The notes: generated from the sequence alone by a model not told the origin. Shown: positions 1-14,720, counted from the first letter of the stretch. The stretch: DNA of 64,000 nucleotides from Eledone cirrhosa (GCA_964016885.1 OZ024760.1:25978001-26042000); one strand, 5' to 3'. Program-made: numbers and translations.

Positions 1-856
1 AGAAAATGGTAGCCCGTAGGAGCGAGATCGACAATCTCAAGTCCAGCCTCCAGCGCGCCTGGAGTTGGTCCATTGACTGGGATTTATACCTCAATGTCGA
101 TAAGTGTTATGGCAGTGGGTACACCTTATAACTCAGCTCTTACCTTCAACGGTGGCACTGCTCCTTTGAAAGAGGTTGAGGGGACTAAAGATCTTGGTCT
201 GTTGATCGACTCGTCCTTCAAACCATCAAACATTGCATTCAAGCCGCAAAAAGGCAAGGAGCTCTTTTTCTTAATCGACGCTCCTTTGCCAAACTCACTC
301 CAGAAATTTCAGGCCTCTCTATGTCGCCCTCGTGAGACCGCACCTAGAATATGGCATCCAAGCATCAAACCCATATCTCATCCGGGATATCCATCACTTG
401 GAGAGAGTTCAACGACTAGCGACTCGAATCGTACAGGGTCTTCATGAGCTGCCCTACGAAAGCCGGCTGCAAAAGCTGAACCTCTTCTCCTTGGAGCATC
501 GACGGCTAAGAGGCGATCTCATTTTGGCTTACAATCTCTTCAATGGCCATTACGATAATCCCATTCACTCCGGCACTTGAAAGGGGTCTACGTGGACATG
601 AAAAAAGCTGTTTCACCGCCGCTTTCGCCTAAATAGACGGAAAGCTGCTTTCTCGATCCGCATCTCTGGACCCTGGAATCGGCTTCCAGAAGAAGTAGTC
701 AACGCGCCAACCACGCAACAATTCAGGGCGAAATTGGACCGGTGTTAGACCACTGTATTTCCGTCTGTGTAATTGTTACCCCTCTCCCCTCCTTACATAG
801 CATCTGAAGCATCTATGTTTTATTTTCTGCCAAATATATTGAATTGAATTGAATTC
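1..856 (+). mobile_element. Degenerate 3' end of a CR1/L2-clade LINE
   Basis: RPHLEYG...[12 protein letters not shown]...[24 protein letters not shown] is the post-RT CR1 signature; frameshifts; (TTGAA)n tail. Confidence 0.85.
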
Positions 857-2244
857 AGACTGCCTGAAGAGGTCTCAGCCAATGATGGCTGTCACCAAAA
901 TATATATAGATGTATATCTATAATTTATAATAAACGAAGCCAAATTTTACATATTTGACTTAATTATTTTATATATATATATATATATTATATATAATAG
1001 ATTTACTATATATACACTACATACACCGTATATACTCTATATTTAGACTATATATACACTAAACTACATTTGATGATGTCCAAGGGAAAGGCAATGGCCG
1101 ACACAGCTTGACATCACAACTCATTACTAGAGCCGAGTGAACTGGAGCAATGTAAAATAAAATGTCTTGCTCAAGGACACAATGCATCACCCGGTCCGAG
1201 AATTGAACTCAACCTTCCGTTTGCAAGCCCAACGGTCTAACCACTAAGCCATGCGCCTTAATACTACCTCTGTAAAATAAGATTTAAATTTAAAAAAAAA
1301 AAAATAAAAAAAACTTAGCTAAAGTATATTTACAGAAGATTAGACAATATTAGGAAGAATTTGCTCTTTGTGGGCTGCTAGTTCTTATTAATCACCTCCA
1401 AGTGGGGGAGAGGGTGGAGACATCAAGTATATCAACCTCAGTTTGTTACAGGTACTTTATTTTATCGACCGGAATGTAAAAAGAAGTAACCTTTATATAT
1501 ACCGCACTGATAATCCGCTCTTAATATCTTAAAGGTTTCTGAATGAGGCACAAGACCAACAATAACCTCAGTAGAATTTGAACTCAGAACGTAAAGGGCC
1601 GTAACTCTATGTCACAAGCATGTCCGACGCTCTACCGATTATGTCAATCCAGCACCCTAATAAGACCAGGAGTTTGAAGGGGAGGCGAAAGTCGATTAAA
1701 TCAACTCCAGTACGTTACTGGTACTTTATTTTATTGACCACGTAATGATGAAAGGCAAAGCTAACCTCGGTGGGATTTGAACTCAGAACGTAAAGGGCCG
1801 TAACTCTATGCCGCGAAGGATGTTGTCCAACGCTCTACCGATAGTGTAATAACCACCACCACCATCATAATGGTTTCTTATATAGGCACAATGCCATCAA
1901 TTTTGGAGGAGGAGAAAGTCGATTAAATCAATTCAGTGCGTGACTGGTACTTTATTTTATCGACCCCGTAAGGATGAAAGGCAAAGTTAACATCGGCGGG
2001 ATTTGAACTCAGATCATAAAGGGCCGTAACTATGCTGCAAAGCATGGCGTCCAACCCTCTACCGATACTACCATTCCACTGCCAAAGCACCCTATAATAA
2101 TAACAACAGTTCTATATGATAGTCCACATTAATTACAGAGCACTGATGTTTAAAAACACCAAAGGCAGTCCCCCTCCACCAACCAGACACACACATTTTG
2201 GGAGTTGTTGGTGGTAGTAGTGTATTCTATAGTCTAAAGTCTGT

Positions 2245-2535
2245 CTTAAGTTAGAAGGCTCATTTGGCCGGTGCTTATCCCGGTTTCATGACATGAAGCG
2301 ACTGAGAATACAAGACCCCCCCCCCCCCCCCCTGGATACGACGACAGTCCATCGCAGGGTTAAAGACTGTCTTAAGTCATGAGGGTCATTTGGCCGGTGC
2401 TTATCCCGGTTTCATGACGTCAAGCGACTGAGAATACAAGACTCCCCCCTGGATAGGACGACAGTCCATCACAGGGTTAAAGACTGTCTTAAGTCAAGAG
2501 GGTCATTTAGCCGGTGCTTATCCCAGTTTCATTGT
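2245..2535 (-). mobile_element. Three tandem partial copies of a SINE 3' segment
   Basis: gccggtgcttatcccggtttcatga...cccctggata...gtccatcgcagggttaa repeated; a related copy in opposite orientation lies near 20530-20695. Confidence 0.6.
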
Positions 2536-2899
2536 ATCAACAGTCCCGGAAGGAAGCCAACGTGTACCTCGGTGTAGGGTTTTCAACTCAAACTTAATGA
2601 ATATGTAACAAAATATCTGCCGCTCTACCGATTGTACCACCCTTTATAATAAGAACGATGGTGGTAGTAGTAGTAGTAGAGGTAGAGGTAGTAGTAGAGG
2701 TGGGCAACAGTCGTAGAGGTGGCAACAGTCGTAGAGGTGGTTGTAATACTAGTAGTAGTGGTAATGGTGTAGTAGTAGTAGTAGCAATAAGTGAAGAGTA
2801 GGTTATATCGCCAGAAAAAAGCAAAACAAAACAAAGGCAGGTAATAAATAAAAGCTTAACTGAAAACCAATTAAAACACTGTTTAAATCAGTAACAAGA

Positions 2900-2940
<41 letters not shown>

Positions 2941-2956
2941 TATATATATATAGATA

Positions 2957-3353
2957 CAGTTATACTTTGGGAAGGTCATGTTGCCAATAAAAACACACGC
3001 ATCTGTTAGTTTTCACTTCAATCTATTATAAATTTCCGGTTGGTTGGTTCGATAACCGGAAGGTTTATATATTGTCAAAGCTCTTTCGTCACACATTCTG
3101 TGACCACCTCAGTGACTAGGATTTTATTTTGTGTCTGCTTTGTTGTGTCCAACACCATTTTGTTTTTGTGTGTTATGTACTTACTTTCCGCGCATGCGTT
3201 ACATCCGCGTGCGCATGTACGTGTTTATTTATTTATCGAACCAACCAACCGGAAATTTATAATAAATTGAAATGAAAACCAACAGGTGTATGTGTGTGTT
3301 TTTGTTGGCACACGTTTTCAGATAAGAAATCTCGCAAAATAATTTCAAAAACG

Positions 3354-3357
<4 letters not shown>
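2957..3357 (-). mobile_element. Penelope-like non-autonomous element with inverted arms and a degenerate hammerhead
   Basis: Inverted arms (ataaatttccggttggttggttcgataa) around a hammerhead at 3074-3117 on minus; flanked by (TA)n; family members at 24895-25232, 37228-37572, 58590-58665. Confidence 0.6.
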
Positions 3358-3396
<39 letters not shown>

Positions 3397-3469
3397 CACA
3401 CACACACATATTTGCGTATATAAATACATATATACGCAAATATATGTATATTCCATCCAATAAAGTGTT

Positions 3470-3582
3470 TCATCTGATTGTCTTCAAGAAGGATATTGGT
3501 GAGAAGAGATTCTCCTGTGACCCTTTACGCAAGGATGGGAAGCAATTCCACAGACACATTATCTCGTCTGAACCTGCGGAAG
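3470..3582 (-). CDS. CDC20: Cdc20-like last coding exon with IR tail
   Basis: Polypyrimidine tract plus CAG acceptor; ASAGSDEIMCLWNCFPSLRKGSQENLFSPISFLKTIR* matches 'ASAAADETLRLWRCF...IR*'. Confidence 0.9.
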
Positions 3583-4608
3583 CTGGGAATGAAGAAAATA
3601 AAAAAAAATAATTATAATGATGTGATGTGTCGTGTAGAACGTCTGTCGTACTGAGGGGAGGGGGGCTAGAGGGAGAGAAAAAAGAGCGAGTGGGGAAAAT
3701 AGTGGGGAAAATAGTGGGAAAGATCGAGAGAAAGAGGGAGGGGGAGAGAGGGAGAGAGAGACGGAGATGGGGGAGGGGAGGGAGGGGGCGAGGAAGGAGA
3801 GATCGAGAGATCGAGAGAGGGAGAGATCGAGAGAGGAAGAAAAAGAGAGAGAGATCGAGAGGAAGAAATAGAGAGAGAGCCTTGTGCCAAAATCAGAAGC
3901 CATTATTATTATTGGCAGACTCGGTAGAACGTCGGACAGTGCTTTGCAGCAAGAATTACGGCCCTTTATGTTCTGAGTTCAAATCCCGTCGAAGTTAACT
4001 TTATCATCCTTACGGGGGTCGATAAAATAAAGTACCCGTAATGCGCTGGGATAATTGCTGGCCTTGTGCCAAAAGTAGAAACAATTATTATTATGATCAT
4101 CACAAATGTGTTTTTCTTTGTTGTTTTTTTTCTATCGAAACTTCTTCAGGTGTTTTTTTTTTTTTGTTTTTTTTTTTATTTTGTTTTTTATTTAGGGAAC
4201 AAAAAAAATAATTGTGTGTCAATTTTAATATTCTACTAATTGTGGACTGTCAGCAGGAACTGGTTTAAACTGGATTGTTGACAACTTAGAAATAAGAGAA
4301 ATAACGTGCGCGCGCGTGCGTGTGCGTGTGCGGAGAGAGAGAGAGTGTGAGAGAGTGAGTGAGTGAGTGTTTGTGTGTGTGTTTGTGTGTGTAAGGGCTA
4401 GAGTATATATGTGTGTGCGTGCGCGTATATACAGGGGGAGGAAGGCGTACGATTAGGAAATCATCTTTGCAACACCGTGGCTCCCGTTTTGGAACCACAC
4501 TGGGCTGCAAGGGACCAGTACTGAGACCGTTTCAGCGTAACCTATCTTGTCATCAAAGCCTTAACTTTACAATTCGATTTAACAAATAATAAGCAATAGA
4601 AGTGACCG

Positions 4609-4748
4609 GAAGAGAGCCGAGGAAAGAAGAGAGCCGAGGAAAGAAGAGAGCCGAGGAAAGAAGAGAGCCGAGGAAAGAAGAGAGCCGAGGAAAGAAGAGA
4701 GCCGAGGAAAGAAGAGAGCCGAGGAAAGAAGAGAGCCGAGGAAAGAAG
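4609..4748. repeat. 17-bp minisatellite (ggaaagaagagagccga)n
   Basis: About 8 perfect tandem copies. Confidence 0.9.
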
Positions 4749-7463
4749 TTAGACGACAGAAGTTAGACGACAGAAGTTAGACGACAGAAGTTAGACGACA
4801 GAAGTTAGACGACAGAAGTCAGACGACAGAAGTCAGACGACAGAAGTCACACGCCAGAAGTCACACGCCAGAAGTCAGACGCCAGAAGTCAGACGCCAGA
4901 AGTCAGACGCCAGAAGTCAGACGCCAGAAGTCAGACGCCAGAAGTCAGACGCCAGACGCCAGACGCCAGAAGTCAGACGCCAGAAGTCAGACGCCAGAAG
5001 TCAGACGCCAGAAGTCAGACGACAGAAGTCAGACGACAGAAGTCAGACGACAGAAGTCAGACGACAGAAGTCAGACGACAGAAGTCAGACGACAGAAGTC
5101 AGACGACAGAAGTCAGACGACAGAAGTCAGACGACAGAAGTCAGACGACAGAAGTCAGACGACAGAAGTCAGACGACAGAAGTCAGACGACAGAAGTCAG
5201 ACGACAGAAGTCAGACGACAGAAGTCAGACGACAGAAGTCAGACGACAGAAGTCAGACGACAGAAGTCAGACGACAGAAGTCAGACGACAGAAGTCAGAC
5301 GACAGAAGTCAGACGACAGAAGTCAGACGACAGAAGTTAGACGACAGAAGTTAGACGACAGAAGTTAGACGCCAGAAGTCAGACGCCAGAAGTCAGACGC
5401 CAGAAGTCAGACGCCAGAAGTCAGACGCCAGAAGTCAGACGCCAAAAGTCAGGCGACAGAAGTCAGACGACAGAAGTCAGACGACAGAAGTCAGACGACA
5501 GAAGTCAGACGACAGAAGTCAGACGACAGAAGTCAGACGACAGAAGTTAGACGACAGAAGTTAGACGACAGAAGTTAGACGACAGAAGTTAGACGACAGA
5601 AGTTAGACGCCAGAAGTCAGACGCCAGAAGTCAGACGCCAGAAGTCAGACGCCAGAAGTCAGACGCCAGAAGTCAGGCGACAGAAGTCAGACGACAGAAG
5701 TCAGACGACAGAAGTCAGACGACAGAAGTCAGACGACAGAAGTTAGACGCCAGAAGTTAGACGCCAGAAGTCAGACGCCAGAAGTCAGACGCCAGAAGTC
5801 AGACGCCAGAAGTCAGACGCCAGAAGTCAGACGCCAGAAGTCAGACGCCAGAAGTCAGACGCCAGAAGTCAGACGCCAGAAGTCAGACGCCAGAAGTCAG
5901 ACGCCAGAAGTCAGACGCCAGAAGTCAGACTACAGAAGTCAGACTACAGAAGTCAGACGACAGAAGTCAGACGACAGAAGTCAGACGACAGAAGTCAGAC
6001 GACAGAAGTCAGACGACAGAAGTCAGACGACAGAAGTCAGACGACAGAAGTCAGACGACAGAAGTCAGACGACAGAAGTCAGACGACAGAAGTCAGACGA
6101 CAGAAGTCAGACGACAGAAGTCAGACGACAGAAGTTAGACGACAGAAGTTAGACGACAGAAGTTAGACGACAGAAGTTAGACGACAGAAGTTAGACGACA
6201 GAAGTTAGACTACAGAAGTTAGACTCCAGAAGTTAGACGACAGAAGTCATACGACAGAAGTCATACGACAGAAGTCATACGACAGAAGTCAGACGCCAGA
6301 AGTCAGACGCCAGAAGTTAGACGCCAGAAGCTAGACGACAGAAGCTAGACGACAGAAGTCAGACGACAGAAGCTAGATGCCAGAAGTTAGACGACAGAAG
6401 TTAGACGACAGAAGCCAGACGACAGAAGCCAGACGACAGAAGCCAGACGACAGAAGCCAGACGACAGAAGCCAGACGACAGAAGCCAGACGACAGAAGCC
6501 AGACGACAGAAGCCAGACGCCAGAAGTCAGGCGACAGAAGTCAGGCGACAGAAGTCAGGCGACAGAAGTCAGGCGACAGAAGTCAGGCGACAGAAGTCAG
6601 GCGACAGAAGTCAGGCGACAGAAGTCAGGCGACAGAAGTCAGGCGACAGAAGTCAGGCGACAGAAGTCAGGCGACAGAAGTCAGGCGACAGAAGTCAGGC
6701 GACAGAAGTCAGGCGACAGAAGTCAGGCGACAGAAGTCAGGCGACAGAAGTCAGACGACAGAAGTCAGACGACAGAAGTCAGACGACAGAAGTCAGACGA
6801 CAGAAGTCAGACGACAGAAGTCAGACGACAGAAGTCAGACGACAGAAGTCAGACGACAGAAGTCAGACGACAGAAGTTAGACGACAGAAGTTAGACGACA
6901 GAAGTTAGACGACAGAAGTTAGACGACAGAAGTTAGACGACAGAAGTTAGACGACAGAAGTTAGACGACAGAAGTTAGACGACAGAAGTTAGACGACGGA
7001 AGTTAGACGACGGAAGTTAGACGACGGAAGTTAGACGACGGAAGTCAGACGACGGAAGTCAGACGACGGAAGTCAGACGACAGAAGTTAGACGACAGAAG
7101 TTAGACGACAGAAGTTAGACGACAGAAGTTAGACGACAGAAGTTAGACGACAGAAGTTAGACGACAGAAGTTAGACGACAGAAGTTAGACGACAGAAGTT
7201 AGACGACAGAAGTTAGACGACAGAAGTCAGACGACAGAAGTTAGACGACGGAAGTTAGACGACGGAAGTTAGACGACGGAAGTTAGGCGACAGAAGTCAG
7301 ACGACAGAAGTCAGACGACAGAAGTCAGACGACAGAAGTTAGACGACAGAAGTTAGACGACAGAAGTTAGACGACAGAAGTTAGACGACAGAGGTTAGAC
7401 GACAGAGGTTAGACGACAGAAGTTAGACGACAGAAGTCAGACGACGGAAGTCAGACGACGGAA
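4746..7463. repeat. 14-bp minisatellite (gaagtcagacgaca)n, about 2.7 kb, in the last Cdc20-like intron
   Basis: About 190 tandem units with blocks of single-base variants. Confidence 0.95.
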
Positions 7464-7559
7464 GAGGAAAGAGAGAAGTCTCCTGCAGTTTGGCAATGTC
7501 TGTGTAGATCATCGTTTGTATTATAAAGGTAAAAACAAAAATCAAAGAAATGCTGTTAC

Positions 7560-7746
7560 CTAGAGTTGTACCAGACGGGCTGAGAGCAAGGTGGAGTGGC
7601 TTCCCTTCATGTTGTCGTAAAGTTCCAACCAATTCATAATTATCAGGGTTTCGATCTTTCCATATAGCAATATGGTTGGGAAAATTGGTGCCAGCGAGTG
7701 CCGTCACTAGTTCCTTGTATTCTGGAGACCATAGAATACTGCAGAC
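7560..7746 (-). CDS. CDC20: Cdc20-like penultimate coding exon (WD6-7)
   Basis: VCSILWSPEYKELVTA...IAIWK...LHLALSPSGTTL matches Cdc20 'VCSILWSPHYKEL...MSPDGATV'; CAG/GTAAC splice sites, phase 0 to 1. Confidence 0.9.
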
Positions 7747-7894
7747 CTGTAGAGTCAAAACAATAAAAACCACAAACACTCCATCTCAATTCTACTTTTG
7801 AAAAGCACAAGAACTGCGAAACCGGTAAAGGAAACAAATAAATATTTTTTAAAAGACTTCAGTTGCATTTTCGATTTCATTTTTTTCCGTACGT

Positions 7895-8278
7895 ACATAC
7901 ATATATATATATAGACATATATATATATAGACATATATATATATATATATAGACATATATATATATATATATAGACATATATATATATATATATATAGAC
8001 ATATATATATATATATATAGACATATATATATATATATATAGACATATATATATATATATATAGACATATATATATATATATATAGACATATATATATAT
8101 ATATATAGACATATATATATATATATATATATAGACATATATATATATATATATAGACATATATATATATAGACATATATATATATATATAGACATATAT
8201 ATATATAGACATATATAGACATATATATATATAGACATATATATATATAGACATATATAGACATATATATATATAGAC

Positions 8279-8309
<31 letters not shown>

Positions 8310-10779
8310 TATATATATATATAGACATATATATATATAGACATATATATATATATATATAGACATATATATATATATATAGACATATAGACATATATAT
8401 ATATATATAGACATAATATATATATATATAGACATATATATATATATATATAGACATATATATATATATATATAGACATATATATATATATATATATATA
8501 TAGACATATATATATATATATATAGACATATATATATATATATATATAGACATATATATATATATATATATAGACATATATATATATATAGACGTATATA
8601 TATATATAGACGTATATATATATATATAGACATATATATATAGACATATATATATATATAGACATATATATATATATAGACATATATATATATATACATA
8701 CATATATATATATATAGACATATATATATATATATATAGACATATATTATATATAGACATATATATATATAGACATATATATATATATAGACATAAATAT
8801 ATAGACATATATATATATATATAAACATATATATATATAGACATATATATATATTAGACATATATATATATAGACATATATATATATAGACATATATTAT
8901 ATATAGACATAATATATATATAGACATATATATATATAGACATATATAATATATAGACATATATATATATAGACATATATATATATAGACATAATATATA
9001 TATAAGACATATATATATATAGACACTAATATATATATATAGACATACATATATATATAGACATACATATATAGACATACATATATATATAGACCATACA
9101 TATATATATATAGACATACATATATATATATAGACATATATATATATATAGACATACATATATATAAGACATACATATATATATAGACATACATATATAT
9201 ATATATAGACATACATATATATATAGACCATACATATATATATAGACATACATATATATATAGACATATATATATAGACATATATATATATATAGACATA
9301 TATATATATATATAGACATATATATATATATAGACATATATATATATATAAGACATATATATATATATAGACATACATATATATATAGACATACATATAT
9401 ATATAGACATACATATATTATATATATAGACATACATATATATAATATATATAGACATACATATATATATATATAGACATACATATACTATATATAGACA
9501 TATATATATAGACATACATATATATATAATATAGACATACATATATATATATGTAGACATACATATATATATATGTAGACATACATATATAGACATACAT
9601 ATATATAGACATATATATATATATAGACATATATATATATATAAGACATATATATATATATAGACATATATATATATATAGACATATATATATATATAGA
9701 CATATATATATATAATAGACATATATATATATATAGACATATATATATATATAGACATACATATATATATATAGACATACATATATATATATAGACATAC
9801 ATATATATATATAGACATACATATATATATATAGACATACATATATATATATAGACATACATATATATATACTAGACATACATATATATATATAGAACAT
9901 ACATATATATATATATAGACATACATATATTATATATAGACATACATATATATATATAGATATATACATACTATAATATATATACATACATATATACATA
10001 CATATATACATACATATATACATACATATATACATACATATATACATACATATATACATACATATATACATACATATATACATACATATATACATACATA
10101 TATACATACATATATACATACATATATACATACATATATACATACATATATATATACATATATATATAACATACATATATACATACATATATACATACAT
10201 ACATATATACATATATACATACATATATATATACATATATACATACATATAATATATACATATATACATACATATATATATACATATATACATACATATA
10301 TATATACATATATACATATATATATACATATATACATACATACATATATATATTAGACATACATTATATATATATATAGACATACATATATATATATATA
10401 GACATACATATATATATATAGACATACATATATATATATGTAGACATACATATATATAGACATACATATATATAGACATATATATATATAGACATATATA
10501 TATATATAGACATATATATATATAGACACATATATATATATAGACATATATATATATAGACATATATATATATATAGACATACATATATATATATAGACA
10601 TACATATATATATATAGACATACATATATATATATAGACATACATATATATATATATAGACATACATATATATATATAGACATACATATATATATATAGA
10701 CATACATATATATAATATATTAGACATACATATATATATATAGATATATACATACATATATACATACATATATACATAC

Positions 10780-10812
<33 letters not shown>

Positions 10813-10959
10813 CATACATATATACATACATATATACATACATAATATTACATACATATATACATACATATATACATACATATATACATACATATATACA
10901 TACATATATACATACATATATACATACATATATACATACATATATACATACATACATAT

Positions 10960-10990
<31 letters not shown>

Positions 10991-11094
10991 CATACATACA
11001 TACATATATACATACATACATACATATATACATACTATATATACATACATACATATATACATACATATATACATACATATATACATACATATAT
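7895..11094. repeat. Compound (TA)n/GACA/TACA microsatellite array, about 3.2 kb
   Basis: Direct inspection. Confidence 0.95.
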
Positions 11095-11294
11095 NNNNNN
11101 NNNNNNNNNNNNNNNNNNNNNNNNNNNNNNNNNNNNNNNNNNNNNNNNNNNNNNNNNNNNNNNNNNNNNNNNNNNNNNNNNNNNNNNNNNNNNNNNNNNN
11201 NNNNNNNNNNNNNNNNNNNNNNNNNNNNNNNNNNNNNNNNNNNNNNNNNNNNNNNNNNNNNNNNNNNNNNNNNNNNNNNNNNNNNNNNNNNNNN
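11095..11294. other. Assembly gap (200 N)
   Basis: Run of N. Confidence 1.
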
Positions 11295-11873
11295 AGGTTG
11301 CAAACTGCCCAAAGACTCCAGTATTGATATGCGAGATCTAAGCTACGCAATGAGATGTTGGCGAGACCTACGTGGAGATCTATTTTTGAGTATTTCGGTT
11401 GATGTCGAAGGTTAATAATAATAATTGTTTCTACTTTTGGCACAAGGCCAGCAATTTGAAGGGGAGGGAAAAGACGATTGAACCGACACCAGCGTATTAC
11501 TGGTACTTTATTTTATCGACCCCGTAAGGATGAAAGGCAAAGTTAACCTCGGCGGGATTTGAACTCAGAATGGCAAGGGCCGTAACTATGCGTCAAAGCA
11601 TGGGGTTCGACCCTCTACCGAAACTGCCTTTTCTACTTTTGGCATAACGCCAGCAATTACTCCAGTCCATTACTGGTACTTTATTTTATCGAGCCCGTAA
11701 GGATGACAGTCAAAGTTAACCTCGGCGAGATTTGAACTCAGACCGTAAAGGATCATAACTCTATGCTGCAAAGCATGGCGTCAGACCCTCTACGAATACT
11801 GCCAATCCACCGTCAGGGTTAATGATAAAGTCTTGTGTAAAAGATATAGAAAATATAGAATATGTTACCTTAC

Positions 11874-11971
11874 CTACAAAAGCTGTTGTGATTCCAGGAC
11901 AAGCTGGAAATATGGCTTCTTTCACTGCTGCGAAAACTTATGATTAGTTTGGTCCGCTCAGCATCCAGCAG
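11874..11971 (-). CDS. CDC20: Cdc20-like coding exon 4
   Basis: LLDAERTKLIISFRSSERSHISSLSWNHNSFC aligns with Cdc20 'RVGSLSWN'; CAG/GTAAG splice sites, phase 0 to 2. Confidence 0.85.
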
Positions 11972-12111
11972 CTGGAAAATAGGGGACATTTAGATTTTAA
12001 AACTACAATGTTTATATATATATAACAAAAAAACAAAAAAAAAAAAACACACACACACCCACACACCCACACCCACACCCCCCACCCACACACACGTATA
12101 TCTTCACTTAC

Positions 12112-12317
12112 CAGTACTTCTGCGCCGTTCGTGCCAACAGCTAAAGTCCTGCCGTTGGTGTCCCATGCTAAAGCAGTGAGGAAAGCTTGTTCGTACCCGC
12201 CGGAGAAATTTACATGAATTCTTCTACATGTCCCCTTCTCAGCACACCACACATACACCGTTTGTTTGAGAGAGACGGCCAGATAATTTTTGCAATTCCA
12301 GTCCAAGATATTTGTAT
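12112..12317 (-). CDS. CDC20: Cdc20-like coding exon 3 (WD40 repeats 1-2)
   Basis: YTNILDWNCKNYLAVSLKQTVYVW...LTALAWDTNGRTLAVGTNGAEVL; TAG acceptor, GTAAGT donor, phase 1 to 0. Confidence 0.9.
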
Positions 12318-14578
12318 CTATTGAACAGAAATCAATATATTAAAAACTTATAAATTACAGAATAATCAAAACCTTGTTAAAAACATTTTATATTAAAAAG
12401 TATATTGGATACGTACCGTGGATTAGCAGTATCGGAAGAACGTCGGACATCATGCTTTGCAGCATAGAGTTACGGTCCTTTACGGTCTGAGTTATATAAG
12501 AACTATTATGTTACATGCTCTGATGTACATTAACCCTCTAGTATTTACATTACCCTATTTATACTAGTGTATTTTTGTGGTAAAGGCTTTATCTCATTTA
12601 ATATTGAATCTGAGATTTTGATGTTATTTATTTTGAGAACAATACTTTAACCCTTTAGCTTCTGCATTATTCTATATATACTATGAGGGCGATGGATTGA
12701 CAGTATTGGTAGATGGTCAGACGCCATGCTTTGCAGCATAGAGTAACGGCCCTTTATGGTCTGAGTTCAAATCCCGCCGAGGTTTACTTTGCCTTTCACC
12801 CTTACGGGGTCGATAAAATAAAATACCAGTAATACACTGTTATAATTGCTGGCCTTGTGCCAAAAGTAGAAACAATTATTCTATATATACTATGAGGACG
12901 CGTGGATTGGCAGTATCGGTAGAGGGTCTGACGCCATGCTTTGCAGCATAGAGTTACGGTCCTTTATGCTCCGAGTTCAAATCCCGCTGAATATATACTA
13001 GAAGGTTGGGGATTGGCAGTATTGGTAGAGGGTCAGACGCCATGCTTTGCAGCAAAGAGTTACGGCCCTTTATGGTCTGAGTTCAAATCCCGCTGAATAT
13101 ATACTAGACGGTTGGGGATTGGCAGTATCGGTAGAGGGTCAGACGCCATGCTTTGCAGCAAAGAGTTACGGCCCTTTATGGTCCGAGTTCAAATCCCACC
13201 GAGGTTAACTTTTCCTTTCATCCTTACGGGCTCGATAAAACAAAGTACCAGTAATACACTGGGATAACTGCTGGCCTTGTGCCAAAAGTAGAAACAATTA
13301 TATATACACTTTTGGTCAGGTAATCCTTGATCGCTACTGGTAACATGTAACCCAGTACAACCTGTTGCGTGGTCAGGTCGTCGGTGACTAAACTGGTAAC
13401 CCCACTAAGCTTGCTTGGTGATGAGGGCGATTTTTGAACACCCTGCAAGACGAAAAACAAAACCTGCCAAAGGGCGGAGGAACTCGGGAGAGTCAACAGC
13501 CATCCAATAACTTTTTAAAGGTGTATAATGTTTGCAGAGATAACTCCCATCGAACGGGTCCCCAAATGGTGGCTAGGGGAATTGCACTCCCGAACTTAAT
13601 TGCGGGCGATCCTTCAGCAAGATCCAATAGCCGTTTAACTGCCCTCGTCAGGAGTACGATGAAATCCAACTCTCGTCTGTACAGTATCTATTGGCAAGAT
13701 GGTGGAATGAGTTACTGCATCTGTGGGATATTCTCCGGCAAGCTTATTTCCAATGTACAGGTAGGAGTTGCGACCACCAGTAGACCACCAATAACGACGA
13801 CGACAGTCGACCGACTTTCGTCAAATCGAACCGAGGAAACAATATTTCCGTTGGTCTTTCCAATTGCTAATACTATCTATCGGTCGCAACTCCAGGTAGA
13901 AAGAGCAACGTGAAATCCAGGTAGAAAGAGCAACGTGAAATCCAGGTAGAATGATCAACGTGAAATCCAGGTAGAAAGAGCAACGTGAAATAAAGTATCT
14001 TGCTCAAGAACATAACACATCACCCGGTCTAGAAATCGAACTCACAGCCTCACGATTGCGAATCCAATTCTCTAACCACTCAGCCACACGCCTTCACTAG
14101 TGAAGTTCTCATAATAGCGACTGAAAATCCAAATGAATGAAGTATAAATATAACACCAAGGTTCATACCCCTGACATAAATACCCCCAAATCCATTATTA
14201 CCTCTGATGACTTCTAATGAAGTGTTTGGCCTAAATCCTCTGGACGATCTATCTTTAAATGCCCCAGGACGGCCTTATTTAGATGTACGTTGCACCAAAA
14301 GTATTGTTAACTTTCTACTCACTACGAAAAGGGCTTTAAAAATGGATCGAGGTAGCTTGAATCGTTAGTGATTTATATATACACTATAGGGTAACTTGAT
14401 TTATATATACACTATAGGGTAACTTGATTTATATATACACTATACATAGAGAGAGAGAGGTTATATTTAATTTGTTGGGATTTAACAAAATGGAATATCT
14501 CCACTATCCAGGAAGCTCCAACCGTTAAGGTTGTCTTTTATTCCGGGTATGTCAAGATTTATTTATAAAACAAATCTG

Positions 14579-14643
14579 TATTTTATCTGATGAAAGCGCA
14601 CCATAATTTGCCTTGGTGGCCCTTGAAATATGTATAATAAAAT
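14579..14643 (+). ncRNA. Type I hammerhead ribozyme motif (family A)
   Basis: Stem I TATTTTAT/ATAAAATA; CTGATGA 14587-93; stem II AAG..CACCA/TGGTG..CTT; GAAA; stem III ATA/TAT; AUA cleavage triplet. Confidence 0.65.
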
Positions 14644-14678
14644 AAATATGGTTTTATAAATATAGCTTCCATTTATTA

Positions 14679-14720
<42 letters not shown>

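Noticed and set aside
6377-6880. 167-aa repetitive ORF (EVRRQKSDDRSQTT)
   Set aside because: Product of the 14-bp intronic minisatellite; no splice or domain support
7755-11094. Long YI/IY-rich ORFs (up to 723 aa)
   Set aside because: Translations of (TA)n-type microsatellites that lack stop codons; the same applies at 24522-25994 and 28569-29531
11295-11410. Candidate for the missing Cdc20 exon next to the gap
   Set aside because: Minus-strand translation shows no WD40/Cdc20 similarity
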